Shown piece by piece: positions 45,882 through 57,021 of a stretch of 64,000 nt of DNA (positions are counted from its first letter, which is position 1; every line of letters begins with the position of its first letter). The position numbers were made by a program, and so were the translations under genes. Under the pieces are notes generated by a model. The model did not search any database. It was not told the origin of the DNA and saw nothing but the letters and a program-made list of their open reading frames with translations. Source of the stretch: Betaproteobacteria bacterium (GTDB taxonomy: Bacteria > Pseudomonadota > Gammaproteobacteria > Burkholderiales > SG8-41); the NCBI GenBank assembly GCA_046339595.1, contig JBKDUF010000015.1:18094-82093 (forward strand), given 5' to 3'.

Positions 45882-47302
45882 GGGATGTCCTCCAGCACCC
45901 AGGTGTCCTTGGTGCCGCCGCCCTGGGAGGAATTGACCACCAGCGACCCCTCGCGCAAGGCCACCCTGGTCAGCCCGCCGGGCACCAGCGTGACTTCCTT
46001 GCCTGACAGCACGTAGGGGCGCAGATCAACATGGCGGGGCAGGATGTCGGAACCGCAGAACGTGGGGCAGGTGGAAAGTGCAAGCGTCGGCTGGGCAATG
46101 TAGTTGGCCGGATTCTGCTCGATGCGCTTGCGGAATTCCGCGATCTGCTCCCTGGTGGAGGTCGGTCCGACCAGCATGCCGTAGCCGCCTGAACCCTGGA
46201 CCTCTTTGACCACCAGCTCGTCGAGCCTTGCCATCGCATAGGCGCGCTCGTCGGCATTGCCCAGCATATAGGTCGGCACATTGGAAATGACCGGTTTTTC
46301 CCCGAGGTAGAACTCGATCATCTTCGGCACGTAGAGGTAGGTTGACTTGTCGTCGGCAACGCCGGTGCCCGGTGCATTCGCCAGCGTGACGTTGCCTGCA
46401 CGGTAAGCCGAGAAAATTCCGGGCACCCCGAGCACCGAGTCGGGGCGGAAGGCGAGCGGATCAAGGTAATCGTCATCGATGCGCCGGTAGATCACGTCCA
46501 CGCGCTGGGGGCCCGCGGTGGTGCGCATGTAGACCACGTCGTTGGCGACAAACAGGTCCTGGCCCTCGACCAGTTCGACGCCCATCTGCTGGGCGAGAAA
46601 GGCGTGCTCGAAGTAGGCGCTGTTGTAGGCGCCCGGTGTCAGCACTACCACGGTGGGCTGCACGGCACGTTCCGGCGCGCAGGCGATCAGGTTCTCCAGC
46701 AGTACGTCGGTGTAGTGATCGACCGGGGCCACCGGCATGCGTGCGAACAGGTCCGGAAAGAGGCGCATCATCATCTTGCGGTTCTCCAGCATGTAGGAGA
46801 CGCCGGAAGGCGTGCGCAGGTTGTCCTCAAGCACGTAGAACTCGCCCTGGCCGGTCTTCACAATGTCGATGCCGGCGATGTGGACATAAACATCCCCGGG
46901 CACCCGCATGCCCTGCATTTCGGGACGATAGGCGGAATTGCCCGTGATCTGGGTCTCGGGCACGATGCCCGCCTTGATGATTTCCCTGTCGTGGTAGATG
47001 TCCTTGAGGAAAGCATTGAGGGCACGCACGCGCTGGCAGGCCCCGCGGCTGATGATGTCCCAGGCGGCGGGCCGGATGATGCGCGGGATGATGTCGAAGG
47101 GAATCGATCGCTCGGTGCCGCCATCATCGCCGTAAACGGCAAACGTGATGCCCAGACGGGCATACAGCGCATTCGCCTCCCGCTGCTTCTGCGGCAGGAA
47201 GTCAGGCGTTTTTTCGGACAGCCATTGTGAATAGGTCCGGTAATGCGGCCTGATGCCGCCATCCGGATCCTGCATTTCGTTGTAAGGCACTCTGGCGCTC
47301 AT
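45875..47302 (-). CDS. Circularly permuted type-2 ATP-grasp protein (DUF404/DUF407)
   Basis: 475 aa. The blocks ...IPRIIRPAAWD..., EFYVLEDNLRTPSGVSYMLENR, VVLTPGAYNSAYFEHAFLAQQMG and LVVKEVQGSGGYGM match my recollection of this family. Confidence 0.8.
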   Translation of the reverse strand: MSARVPYNEMQDPDGGIRPHYRTYSQWLSEKTPDFLPQKQREANALYARLGITFAVYGDDGGTERSIPFDIIPRIIRPAAWDIISRGACQRVRALNAFLKDIYHDREIIKAGIVPETQITGNSAYRPEMQGMRVPGDVYVHIAGIDIVKTGQGEFYVLEDNLRTPSGVSYMLENRKMMMRLFPDLFARMPVAPVDHYTDVLLENLIACAPERAVQPTVVVLTPGAYNSAYFEHAFLAQQMGVELVEGQDLFVANDVVYMRTTAGPQRVDVIYRRIDDDYLDPLAFRPDSVLGVPGIFSAYRAGNVTLANAPGTGVADDKSTYLYVPKMIEFYLGEKPVISNVPTYMLGNADERAYAMARLDELVVKEVQGSGGYGMLVGPTSTREQIAEFRKRIEQNPANYIAQPTLALSTCPTFCGSDILPRHVDLRPYVLSGKEVTLVPGGLTRVALREGSLVVNSSQGGGTKDTWVLEDIPC

Positions 47303-47562
47303 CGGCTGCTCATGCGGTTGCGGGCTCTCAAAGGCGGAAGTGAACCCCGATACGATAAAGCAATGGATGTGCCATTACTGACCGGGCGGAAAAGGCATCA
47401 TCAGCGGTTTGCCGCACCAAAATGATCTTTGCAGCCCGTTCCGGACACCTTGACGCACCAATTCGGTGCCAGCCGGGCGGTTTTGGGCACCTTGAAGGCG
47501 CATGTCGCATAAAATCAGCGCGCCTCATCACCGGTGCGGTCCACACGCCACAACCACCACGC

Positions 47563-49719
47563 ATGCGAAGTCCACTGCAACTCATTGAAGGCGGGATTGC
47601 CACCCCGGAGAAGCGGCTCAAGAGAACGGGCCAGCGCTTTGCTGCGGAGGAGTGCAAGCTGTTTGAGGCGGCCCTGGCTGCCAACATGCAGTCCGGACAG
47701 GGGGATTTGGAGCATCTTGCCGGCTTGATCGAGCTGCTGGCGCTGCTTGACCTTGACCATGAATGCGCCACCGCCACGCTGCTGGTGCCTTTGCTGCGCG
47801 AATCATTGATTGACGCCACCATCCTGCGCCAGCGGTTTGGCTCGCGCGTCGCGGAACTCGCTGAGGGCGTGCTGCGCATGGATCAGATCGGCGCGCTGTC
47901 GGCCAGGGGCGCGGCGCCGGCAGCGGCACCGGGGCAGGGTGCTCAACTGGAAACCCTGCGCAAGATGCTGCTGGCGATGGTGCAGGACGTACGGGTGGTC
48001 CTGATCAAGCTGGCAGACCATCTTTGCCAGCTGCGTGCATCACTGCGAAAAGACAGCGAGTCCCGGCGCCACGAACTGGCCCTGCTGACCCGCGACGTGT
48101 TCGCGCCCCTGGCCAACCGCCTCGGCGTCTGGCAGCTGAAATGGGAGCTTGAGGATCTGGCCCTGCGCATACTCGAGCCCGAAACCTATAAGCGCATCGC
48201 CCGTCTGCTTGACGAGAAGCGGCAGGATCGCGAGCGCTATATCGAAAACGTCGTGGCCCTGCTGAAGGGTGAACTCGCGCGTTCAGGAATCATCGCCGAG
48301 GTCAGCGGCCGGCCAAAACACATTGCGAGCATACATCGCAAGATGCAGACCAAGGGCCTTGATTTCCAGGGACTGTACGACGTCCGCGCCGTCAGGGTTC
48401 TTGTCCGTGACGTGAAGGACTGTTACGCCGCACTTGGACTGGTTCATGCGCTGTGGTCGCCCCTGCCAAAAGAATTCGACGACTACATCGCCAAGCCCAA
48501 GACCAACAACTATCGCTCACTGCACTCTGCAGTCATCGGCCCCGAGGGCAAGTCGCTTGAGGTGCAGATCCGCACCCACGAAATGCATGAGCATTCCGAG
48601 CGCGGTGTCGCAGCGCACTGGCATTACAAGGAAGGCGGACGGGTCGAGCGCGGTTACCGTGAAAAGATCGCCTGGTTGCGCCAGGTGCTGGAGTGGAAGG
48701 ACGAAATCAGCGATGCCAGAGAACTGGCGGAGCAGTTCCGCATCGGCCTGTTTGACGATTCGGTCTATGTGCTGACCCCGCAGGGCAGGGTGGTCGATCT
48801 GCCCAAGGGGGCCACTCCGGTGGATTTTGCCTACCATGTGCACACCGAGCTCGGGCACCGCTGCCGGGGCGCCAAGGTTGACGGTGTGATGGTGCCGCTG
48901 AATACCGCCCTCGCCAATGGCCAGCAGGTTGAAATACTGGCGGCGAAACAGGGCGGGCCGAGCCGTGACTGGCTCAATCCGCAACTGGGATTTCTCAAGA
49001 GCGCCGGCGCCCGCGCCAAGGTTCGACAGTGGTTCAACCGGCTGAATCTTGAGGCGGACATTGCCCAGGGGCGGACACTGCTGGAGCGGGAACTGCAGCG
49101 TCATGGACAGACCCTGATCAAACTGGACCAGCTGGCTGCCAGCCTCGGTTTCGAGCGGCTGCCTGATTTTCTTGCCGCGATTGCGCGCGGCGAACTCGGC
49201 CCCAAGGCTTTGCAGGATGCCCTGGCCGGCGAGCCGCCGCCCCCCGAACCTTCACCGGCCATCATCGCCAGAAAACCAAAAGCCGCCGGAGGGGGGGTGC
49301 TGGTTGTAGGCGTCGACAAGCTGTTGACCGCGCCGGCGAAATGCTGTCGCCCGGCGCCGCCGGAGCCGATCGTCGGCTTCGTGACCCGTGGGCGCGGCGT
49401 CAGCGTGCATCGCGCCGATTGCGCAAGCCTTGCAAGGCTTGATCCGGAGCGCCGGATTGCCGCCGAGTGGGGCGAGCCGGGCTCAGCCACCTTCCCGGTC
49501 GACATCGTGGTCGATGCCGCCGACCGCACCGGATTGCTGCGCGACATATCCGAAGTACTGTCCCGCGAGCGCATCAACGTCTCCGCGACGAGAACCCAAA
49601 GCAGCGATCTGAGCGCGCGCATGCGCTTCACGCTGGAGGTAGCCAATCTGGGACAGTTGCAGCGGGCGCTGGCGCTGATCCGGGAGGTCCGGGGGGTCGT
49701 CAGCGCCGAGCGCCGCTGA
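47563..49719 (+). CDS. relA: GTP pyrophosphokinase (RelA-type long RSH, degenerate hydrolase domain)
   Basis: Taken from ORF 47422..49719, with the start moved to the ATG at 47563. The synthetase block is YRSLHSAVIGPEGKSLEVQIRTHEMH. A TGS domain (VYVLTPQGRVVDLPKGATPVDFAYHVHTELG) and a C-terminal ACT domain are present. The HD motif position reads LLVPLL rather than HD, which argues for RelA rather than SpoT. Confidence 0.85.
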   Translation: MRSPLQLIEGGIATPEKRLKRTGQRFAAEECKLFEAALAANMQSGQGDLEHLAGLIELLALLDLDHECATATLLVPLLRESLIDATILRQRFGSRVAELAEGVLRMDQIGALSARGAAPAAAPGQGAQLETLRKMLLAMVQDVRVVLIKLADHLCQLRASLRKDSESRRHELALLTRDVFAPLANRLGVWQLKWELEDLALRILEPETYKRIARLLDEKRQDRERYIENVVALLKGELARSGIIAEVSGRPKHIASIHRKMQTKGLDFQGLYDVRAVRVLVRDVKDCYAALGLVHALWSPLPKEFDDYIAKPKTNNYRSLHSAVIGPEGKSLEVQIRTHEMHEHSERGVAAHWHYKEGGRVERGYREKIAWLRQVLEWKDEISDARELAEQFRIGLFDDSVYVLTPQGRVVDLPKGATPVDFAYHVHTELGHRCRGAKVDGVMVPLNTALANGQQVEILAAKQGGPSRDWLNPQLGFLKSAGARAKVRQWFNRLNLEADIAQGRTLLERELQRHGQTLIKLDQLAASLGFERLPDFLAAIARGELGPKALQDALAGEPPPPEPSPAIIARKPKAAGGGVLVVGVDKLLTAPAKCCRPAPPEPIVGFVTRGRGVSVHRADCASLARLDPERRIAAEWGEPGSATFPVDIVVDAADRTGLLRDISEVLSRERINVSATRTQSSDLSARMRFTLEVANLGQLQRALALIREVRGVVSAERR

Positions 49720-49737
49720 GGAGGCCGACGCAAAAAT

Positions 49738-49767
49738 TTGAACGATATCAGGGGTTTCCGCTAGAAT
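49738..49767 (+). promoter_or_regulatory. Putative sigma70 promoter of tRNA-Val
   Basis: TTGAAC (49738-49743), an 18-nt spacer, then TAGAAT (49762-49767). It lies 11 nt upstream of the tRNA 5' end. Confidence 0.5.
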
Positions 49768-49778
49768 AGCGGGCTTGC

Positions 49779-49855
49779 AGGCGCGTAGCTCAGCTGGTTA
49801 GAGCACCACCTTGACATGGTGGGGGTCGTTGGTTCGAGTCCAATCGCGCCTACCA
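49779..49855 (+). tRNA. tRNA-Val (anticodon GAC)
   Basis: AGGCGCGTAGCTCAGCTGGTTAGAGC...CCTTGACATGG...GGTTCGAGTCCAATCGCGCCTACCA. Acceptor stem AGGCGCG/CGCGCCT. Confidence 0.95.
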
Positions 49856-49962
49856 ACATACGCGCGCAGCGCCGGGAATACGGAAAGAGAGCGTTATGAC
49901 ACCGCGAACTTGCACGGCATCCCATAATCGGCAATAGCTGCGCGAATTCGCCATGTGCGGAG

Positions 49963-49993
49963 AAAAAGTGCGGCTTTGCCGCACTTTTTTTTT
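49963..49993 (+). terminator. Rho-independent terminator downstream of tRNA-Val
   Basis: aaaaagtgcggc-ttt-gccgcacttttt forms the hairpin, and the T-run extends to 49993. Confidence 0.7.
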
Positions 49994-50066
49994 GACTGCC
50001 CGTTGCGCGAACAAGGGACAATCAGGGACAACGACAGAAACGACAGCACACAGGAACGACTGGATC

Positions 50067-51983
50067 ATGGTCAACATCACACTGCCCGACGGCTCGCTGA
50101 AAAGCTTTGAAGGACCGGTACAGGTTTCCGGGGTCGCCGCCGCGATCGGCGCCGGTCTTGCCAAGGCCGCGCTTGCCGGCCGGGTGGACGGCAAACTCGT
50201 GGACACCTCCTTCCTGATCGAGCGCGATGCCGAACTTTCGATCATCACCGACCGCAACCCCGAGGGCGTTGAGATCCTGCGCCACTCGACCGCCCATCTG
50301 CTCGCACATGCGGTCAAGGATCTTTTCCCTGAGGCGCAGGTCACGATAGGTCCCGTGATCGACGACGGCTTTTATTATGATTTCTCTTACAAGCGCCCGT
50401 TCACGCCGGAAGACCTTGCCGCGATCGAGAAGCGCATGGCCGAGATCGTGAGGCGGGACATACCGGTCCAGCGCCAGGTGATGCCGCGCAGCGAGGCGGT
50501 GAAATTCTTCTCGGACATGGGTGAAAAGTACAAGGCGGAAATCATTGCTTCGATCCCCTCCGATGAACCGATTTCACTGTACCGCCAGGACAACTTCATT
50601 GATCTGTGCCGCGGGCCCCATGTGCCGGCCACCGGCAGGCTGAAGGTGTTCAAGCTGATGAAGGTGGCGGGGGCCTACTGGCGCGGTGACTCGAAGAACG
50701 AGATGCTGCAACGGGTCTACGGCACTGCCTGGGCGAAAAAGGAAGACCAGGAGGCCTACCTGCACCGCCTCGAGGAGGCGGAGAAACGCGACCACCGCAA
50801 GCTGGGTCGCCAACTTGACCTGTTTCACATGCAGGACGAGGCGCCGGGGATGGTGTTCTGGCATGCCAATGGCTGGACCATATGGCAGGCGATCGAGCAG
50901 TACATGCGCGCCCTGCTGTCCGGGGCCGGCTATCGCGAGGTGCGAACGCCGCAGGTGATGGACCGCGTGCTGTGGGAGCGCTCCGGCCACTGGGAAAACT
51001 ACCGTGAATACATGTTCACCACCGAGTCGGAGAAGCGCGATTACGCGGTAAAACCGATGAACTGCCCCGGCCATGTGCAGATTTTCAACCAGGGCGTGAA
51101 AAGCTACCGCGACCTGCCGCTGCGCATCGCCGAGTTCGGCTCATGCCACCGCAACGAGCCTTCGGGCGCGCTGCACGGCCTGATGCGGGTGCGCGGCTTC
51201 GTGCAGGACGATGCCCACATTTTCTGCACTGAAGATCAGATTCAGGCCGAGGCCAGCGATTTCATTGACCTGCTGCGCAAGGTCTATGCCGATTTCGGCT
51301 TTGACCAGATCCTGGTCAAGTTGTCGACCCGCCCTGAAAAGCGCATCGGCGAGGATGCGGTCTGGGACCGTGCCGAAGCCGCGCTGAAAGCAACCCTGGA
51401 CGGCAAGGGGCTGGAGTGGGACCTCAACCCTGGAGAAGGGGCGTTTTACGGCCCGAAAATCGAGTTTTCCCTGAAGGACTCCCTGGGGCGCATCTGGCAG
51501 TGCGGAACCCTGCAGCTTGATTTCGCCTTGCCGGGGCGCCTCGGCGCGGAATATGTGGCCGAAGACAACACGCGGCGGGTGCCTGTGATGCTGCATCGGG
51601 CGGTTCTGGGGTCGCTGGAGCGTTTTATCGGCATCCTGATCGAGCACTATGCCGGGGCCATGCCCGCCTGGCTGTCTCCGGTCCAGGTGGTGGCCATGAG
51701 CATCACCGAAGCCCAATCCGCCTATGTCAACGGGGTGGTGGAGTGGCTGAAACAGCAGGGGATCCGGGCCGAGGCTGACTTGAGAAACGAGAAAATTTCC
51801 TATAAAATTCGGGAACATAGTCTCAAAAAGCTGCCCTTCCAGCTGGTCATCGGCGACAAGGAAGTGGCCGCGCAAAAGGTGGCTGTGCGATCCCGTAAAG
51901 GCGAAGATCTGGGTCAAATGACCCCGGAAGCCTTTTTGTCGCTGTTAACCGGCGAAATCACAAAGCGGGGACGCGCGGCCTGA
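50067..51983 (+). CDS. thrS: Threonine--tRNA ligase
   Basis: Taken from ORF 49953..51983, with the start at the ATG at 50067 ([22 protein letters not shown]-terminus). The motifs [16 protein letters not shown], class II motifs, [30 protein letters not shown] and a C-terminal anticodon-binding domain are present. Confidence 0.95.
   Translation: MVNITLPDGSLKSFEGPVQVSGVAAAIGAGLAKAALAGRVDGKLVDTSFLIERDAELSIITDRNPEGVEILRHSTAHLLAHAVKDLFPEAQVTIGPVIDDGFYYDFSYKRPFTPEDLAAIEKRMAEIVRRDIPVQRQVMPRSEAVKFFSDMGEKYKAEIIASIPSDEPISLYRQDNFIDLCRGPHVPATGRLKVFKLMKVAGAYWRGDSKNEMLQRVYGTAWAKKEDQEAYLHRLEEAEKRDHRKLGRQLDLFHMQDEAPGMVFWHANGWTIWQAIEQYMRALLSGAGYREVRTPQVMDRVLWERSGHWENYREYMFTTESEKRDYAVKPMNCPGHVQIFNQGVKSYRDLPLRIAEFGSCHRNEPSGALHGLMRVRGFVQDDAHIFCTEDQIQAEASDFIDLLRKVYADFGFDQILVKLSTRPEKRIGEDAVWDRAEAALKATLDGKGLEWDLNPGEGAFYGPKIEFSLKDSLGRIWQCGTLQLDFALPGRLGAEYVAEDNTRRVPVMLHRAVLGSLERFIGILIEHYAGAMPAWLSPVQVVAMSITEAQSAYVNGVVEWLKQQGIRAEADLRNEKISYKIREHSLKKLPFQLVIGDKEVAAQKVAVRSRKGEDLGQMTPEAFLSLLTGEITKRGRAA
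51780..51808 (+). promoter_or_regulatory. Candidate internal promoter for infC inside the thrS 3' coding region
   Basis: TTGAGA (51780-51785), a 17-nt spacer, then TAAAAT (51803-51808). It sits inside a locally AT-rich patch about 200 nt upstream of infC. Confidence 0.4.
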
Positions 51984-52010
51984 GAGCAACGAAACTAAGG
52001 AGTCTGTCGC

Positions 52011-52655
52011 ATAGCTCAGGAAAAAGAAGCCCGGATCAACGGTGAAATCACCGCTCCGGAAGTCAGGGTCATCGGTCCCGATGGGTCGCAGCTTGGCGTT
52101 CTCAGCATTGAAGCCGCCAATCGCGTGGCCGAAGATGCGGAACTTGACCTGGTTGAGATCGCGCCAACCGCAAATCCTCCTGTCTGCCGGGTCATGGACT
52201 ACGGCAAGTTCAAATACCGGGAGAGCAAGAAACAGCACGAGGCTCGGCTCAAGCAGAAACAGATTGTGGTCAAGGAGGTCAAATTCCGCCCCGGTACTGA
52301 CGAGGGTGACTACAAGATCAAGCTGCGTAACCTGACGCGTTTTCTCGAAGAGGGCGACAAGACCAAGATCACGCTGCGCTTTCGCGGGCGCGAGATGGCG
52401 CACCAGGAGTTCGGGATGCGCCTGCTGGAACGGGTCAGGGGCGACCTCGATGCACTGGGCGTAGTCGAGCAGTTCCCGAAAATGGAGGGCCGCCAGCTGG
52501 TCATGGTGCTGGCACCCAAGAAAAAGCCTGTCCCCGCAAAGGGCGGCGCAGCAAAAGTTTTGCCTCAGGCTTCAGAGAAGCCGATGGCAAAACCGGCGGC
52601 AACGCCGGAAACGGTGGCCGGAGCAGAAAACGCGACGGCCGTTGAAAAGAAGTAG
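52011..52655 (+). CDS. infC: Translation initiation factor IF-3, initiating at a non-canonical ATA codon
   Basis: The listed ORF (52125..52655) lacks the conserved N-domain. The frame stays open upstream to an in-frame TAA at 51996 and encodes [50 protein letters not shown] (IF-3 RINGEI...EVR block). No ATG, GTG, TTG or CTG occurs in that interval. ATA at 52011 lies 8 nt after the AAGGAG at 51997-52002. Confidence 0.8.
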   Translation: MAQEKEARINGEITAPEVRVIGPDGSQLGVLSIEAANRVAEDAELDLVEIAPTANPPVCRVMDYGKFKYRESKKQHEARLKQKQIVVKEVKFRPGTDEGDYKIKLRNLTRFLEEGDKTKITLRFRGREMAHQEFGMRLLERVRGDLDALGVVEQFPKMEGRQLVMVLAPKKKPVPAKGGAAKVLPQASEKPMAKPAATPETVAGAENATAVEKK

Positions 52656-52716
52656 TGATCGGGTTTCAAGTCCTGCATTTCGAGGCACCCGACGCTAGGC
52701 TAAAACAGGAGCAAAC

Positions 52717-52911
52717 ATGCCGAAGATGAAGAGCAAGAGCGGCGCAGCCAAGCGATTCAAAAAGCTGGGCAGCGGCGCTTTCAAGCGCAGCAGTGCAAAC
52801 CTGCGCCATATCCTCACCAAGAAAAGCACCAAGCGCAAACGCCATCTGCGCGGCACGACCATGGTGCACGATTCCGACCAGCGCTCGATCCGGGCAATGC
52901 TGCCTTACTGA
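52717..52911 (+). CDS. rpmI: 50S ribosomal protein L35
   Basis: 64 aa beginning [16 protein letters not shown]... Confidence 0.95.
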   Translation: MPKMKSKSGAAKRFKKLGSGAFKRSSANLRHILTKKSTKRKRHLRGTTMVHDSDQRSIRAMLPY

Positions 52912-52924
52912 AAGGGGATAGACC

Positions 52925-53284
52925 ATGCCAAGAGTCAAACGTGGCGTCATCGCCCGCAAGGCGCACAAGAAGGTCATCAAGGCCGCCAAGGGTTTCCGCG
53001 GTCGCCGTGGCAACGTATTCCGGATCGCCAACGAAGCGGTGATGCGCGCGGGGCAGTATGCCTACCGCGACCGCCGCACCAAAAAACGCGAATTCCGCGC
53101 GCTCTGGATTGCCCGCATCAATGCGGCTGCCCGCGAACACGGCATGACCTACAGCGTGTTCATGAACGGCCTCAAAAAAGCCGCGATCGAGGTTGACCGC
53201 AAGGTTCTGGCCGACATCGCAGTGGCCGACAAGCCGGCGTTCATGCGCTTTGTGGAACGCGCCAAAGCCGGCCTCGGAGCCTGA
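52925..53284 (+). CDS. rplT: 50S ribosomal protein L20
   Basis: 119 aa beginning [28 protein letters not shown]... Confidence 0.95.
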   Translation: MPRVKRGVIARKAHKKVIKAAKGFRGRRGNVFRIANEAVMRAGQYAYRDRRTKKREFRALWIARINAAAREHGMTYSVFMNGLKKAAIEVDRKVLADIAVADKPAFMRFVERAKAGLGA

Positions 53285-53301
53285 GGCCGCACGGCGCAAG
53301 C

Positions 53302-53331
53302 AAGGAGGCTCGTCCGAGCCTCCTTTTTTTT
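53302..53331 (+). terminator. Rho-independent terminator after rplT, 21 nt upstream of pheS
   Basis: ggaggctcg/cgagcctcc forms a GC-rich stem followed by an 8-nt T-run (53324-53331). Confidence 0.7.
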
Positions 53332-53349
53332 GGTTTCGACCGCGACTGA

Positions 53350-54339
<990 letters not shown>

Positions 54340-54352
54340 TCAGGCTCCTGCG

Positions 54353-56701
54353 ATGAAAGTTTCAGAACACTGGCTGCGCGAACTTGCCGATCCGGCACTG
54401 GACAGCGACGGCCTTGCCGATCTCCTCACCTTCGGCGGCATCGAGGTGGAGTCCGTGGAAGCTGCAGCGCCGCCTTTCGAGCGTGTGGTGGCCGGAGAGG
54501 TTGTGGCCGTCGAAAAACATCCGCAGGCCGACCGTCTGAATGTCTGTCAGGTGAACATCGGAACCGCACCGCTGACCATTGTGTGCGGTGCGCCCAACGT
54601 GAAGCCCGGAATGCGGGTGCCTGTGGCGCTTGCGGGCGCCAAGCTTCCCGGGCTGGAAATCCGCCTTGCCAAGGTCCGTGGCGTTGAATCCCAGGGCATG
54701 CTCTGTTCGGCCGGTGAGCTCGGAATGGCTGACGATGCAGAGGGGCTGCTGCAACTGCCTACCGATGCCGCTCTGGGCGCCGATGTGCGGGATGTGCTAG
54801 GGCTGGATGACCGGATTTTCACCACCAAGGCGACCCCAAACCGCGGCGACTGCCTCAGCGTTCTGGGCCTGGCACGCGAAGTTGCCGCCTTGAGTGGCGC
54901 ACCACTGCGCTGGCCACAGCCGCAACCGGTTGCTGCGACGATCAGCGACGGGGTGGATGTGCGCATGGAAGCTGCCGCCGACTGCCCGCTTTACTGCGCG
55001 CGCCGGATCCGCAATATCGATGCGCTCGCCGCCACGCCGGAATGGATGCGGCGCAGGCTGCTCCGCAGCGGCCTTCGGTCCATCAGTCCGGTTGTCGATG
55101 TCACCAACTACGTTCTGCTCGAGATGGGGCAGCCGCTGCATGCCTTCGACGCAGCGAAAGTCCAGGGCGGCATCATCGTGCGCCGGGGCCATGCCTCGGA
55201 ACAACTGAAGCTGCTCAACGGCAGCACGCTTGAACTGGATCCTCGCCATCTCGTGATCGCCGATGCGGCCGTGCCCCTGGCACTGGCAGGCTTCATGGGC
55301 GGCGAAGCCAGTGGCGTCACCTCAGCGACCAGTGACATCATCCTCGAAAGTGCTTTTTTCGTACCCGAAGTCGTCGCAGGCCGCAGCCGCGAGCTCGGTT
55401 TTGGATCCGACTCGGCCTATCGTTTCGAACGTGGCGTCGATTTTTCGGCAACGGCGGCTGCGATGGAACGCGCAACCCGCCTGATTCTGGAAATCTGCGG
55501 CGGCCATGCCGGTCCGGTGCGGCAGGTGATTGCCGAACTGCCGCAGCGCCGCCCCGTGTCGATGCGCCTGGCAAGGGCGGCCAGGGTCCTCGGTTTCCCG
55601 GTCAAGACAAAAGAGGCGGAACTGATCTTTGCCCGTCTCGGATTCCAGCCGAAACCGGCTGGAGACCGCATCGATGTGACGCCGCCCAGCCATCGCTTCG
55701 ATATCGCCATCGAGGAAGACCTGATCGAGGAATTCGCGCGCGTTCACGGTTACGAACACATTCCGGCCTTGCCGCCGCAGGCTCCGGCCCGGCTGCTGCC
55801 GGTCACCGAAACCCGTCGCAGCATTCCGGAGCTGCGTCGTCTCTTTGCCGCACTGGACTACCAGGAGGCGGTGACTTACAGCTTCGTTGACCGCCAATGG
55901 GAAACCGATCTGTGCGGCAACGTCGATCCTGTCGCGCTGGCCAACCCCATTGCCAGCCAGATGAGCGTGATGCGCTCCTCACTGTTCGGCGGACTCCTTC
56001 ATGCGGCCGCCTTCAATGTGAGCCACCAGCAAACCCGCGTGCGCCTGTTTGAGATCGGCCGCTGTTTTCCGCCGGGCGATGGCCTGCCTCAACCCTGGCG
56101 GGCCGCAGCCCTGGCTTTCGGTCCCGCGGAACCATTGCAGTGGGGTGTGAAGGAGAGGAAGGTCGATTTCTACGACGTCAAGGCCGACCTGGAGCATTTG
56201 TTTGCCCCGCGCCGGCCGCTGCTGCGGCCTGAACCGCATCCGGCGCTGCATCCCGGAAAGTCTGCGCGGATCATGGTCGACGGCCGGGAGCAGGGGTGGA
56301 TCGGGGAGCTGCATCCCCGCTGGCAGCGTAAATACGGGCTGCCAGCGGCCCCCATACTGCTCGAAGTCGAGCTGGAAGCCCTGCAGGAATCCGGCCTGCC
56401 GTCGTTCCGCGAGATCCCGCGCTTTCCGGCCATCCGCCGCGATCTGGCCGCGGAATTCGACCAAGGCCTCGATTTTGACGTCATTCAGGCCGAACTCTGG
56501 CGCGATGCCCCGCCCATTTTGCGCGACCTGAAAGTCTTCGATTTGTACTGCGGCCAAGGGGTGGAAAAAGGGAAAAAAAGTCTTGCATTCAGTGTGTTAT
56601 TGCAGGATACTGAAAAAACCTTGACCGACGCGGATGCCGAAAAAGCGGTCGCCGAACTGCGCCGGATCCTGCAACAAAAGTTTAACGCGAAGCTTCGTTG
56701 A
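54353..56701 (+). CDS. pheT: Phenylalanine--tRNA ligase beta subunit
   Basis: 782 aa. The N-terminus [10 protein letters not shown] is followed by a tRNA-binding domain ([12 protein letters not shown]), B3/4 and B5 domains, and a C-terminal FDX-ACB domain ([10 protein letters not shown]). Confidence 0.95.
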   Translation: MKVSEHWLRELADPALDSDGLADLLTFGGIEVESVEAAAPPFERVVAGEVVAVEKHPQADRLNVCQVNIGTAPLTIVCGAPNVKPGMRVPVALAGAKLPGLEIRLAKVRGVESQGMLCSAGELGMADDAEGLLQLPTDAALGADVRDVLGLDDRIFTTKATPNRGDCLSVLGLAREVAALSGAPLRWPQPQPVAATISDGVDVRMEAAADCPLYCARRIRNIDALAATPEWMRRRLLRSGLRSISPVVDVTNYVLLEMGQPLHAFDAAKVQGGIIVRRGHASEQLKLLNGSTLELDPRHLVIADAAVPLALAGFMGGEASGVTSATSDIILESAFFVPEVVAGRSRELGFGSDSAYRFERGVDFSATAAAMERATRLILEICGGHAGPVRQVIAELPQRRPVSMRLARAARVLGFPVKTKEAELIFARLGFQPKPAGDRIDVTPPSHRFDIAIEEDLIEEFARVHGYEHIPALPPQAPARLLPVTETRRSIPELRRLFAALDYQEAVTYSFVDRQWETDLCGNVDPVALANPIASQMSVMRSSLFGGLLHAAAFNVSHQQTRVRLFEIGRCFPPGDGLPQPWRAAALAFGPAEPLQWGVKERKVDFYDVKADLEHLFAPRRPLLRPEPHPALHPGKSARIMVDGREQGWIGELHPRWQRKYGLPAAPILLEVELEALQESGLPSFREIPRFPAIRRDLAAEFDQGLDFDVIQAELWRDAPPILRDLKVFDLYCGQGVEKGKKSLAFSVLLQDTEKTLTDADAEKAVAELRRILQQKFNAKLR

Positions 56702-56712
56702 GAGGGGACAAC

Positions 56713-57021
56713 ATGACGTTAACCAAAGCCGAACTCGCCGACCTGCTGTTCGAAAAAGTAGGGTTCAACAAGCGCGAGGCCAAGGATATGGTCGAGTCTT
56801 TTTTCGACGAGGTCCGTGCAGCGCTTGAGAACGGCCGCGGTGTAAAGCTCTCCGGCTTTGGCAATTTCCAGCTTCGCGACAAACCGCAACGCCCCGGCCG
56901 GAATCCAAAAACCGGCGAGGAAATCCCCATTTCCGCACGTCGTGTGGTCACTTTCCACGCCTCGCAGAAACTCAAGTCCATGGTGGAACAGCATTTCCAT
57001 GGAAGCCAGCGGAAGCCTTAA
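56713..57021 (+). CDS. ihfA: Integration host factor alpha subunit
   Basis: Start at the ATG at 56713. The product reads [34 protein letters not shown]...[26 protein letters not shown]. Confidence 0.95.
   Translation: MTLTKAELADLLFEKVGFNKREAKDMVESFFDEVRAALENGRGVKLSGFGNFQLRDKPQRPGRNPKTGEEIPISARRVVTFHASQKLKSMVEQHFHGSQRKP

Noticed and set aside
47422-47562. N-terminal 47-aa extension of the relA ORF. The same issue applies to the upstream extensions of ORFs 62792 (pcm), 25514, 23289..25592, 33441, 9139 and 4605.
   Set aside because: The extensions lack family similarity, overlap upstream genes or promoter regions, and internal Met codons give the conserved N-termini (signal peptides, Rossmann or CoA-binding starts), often with an SD.
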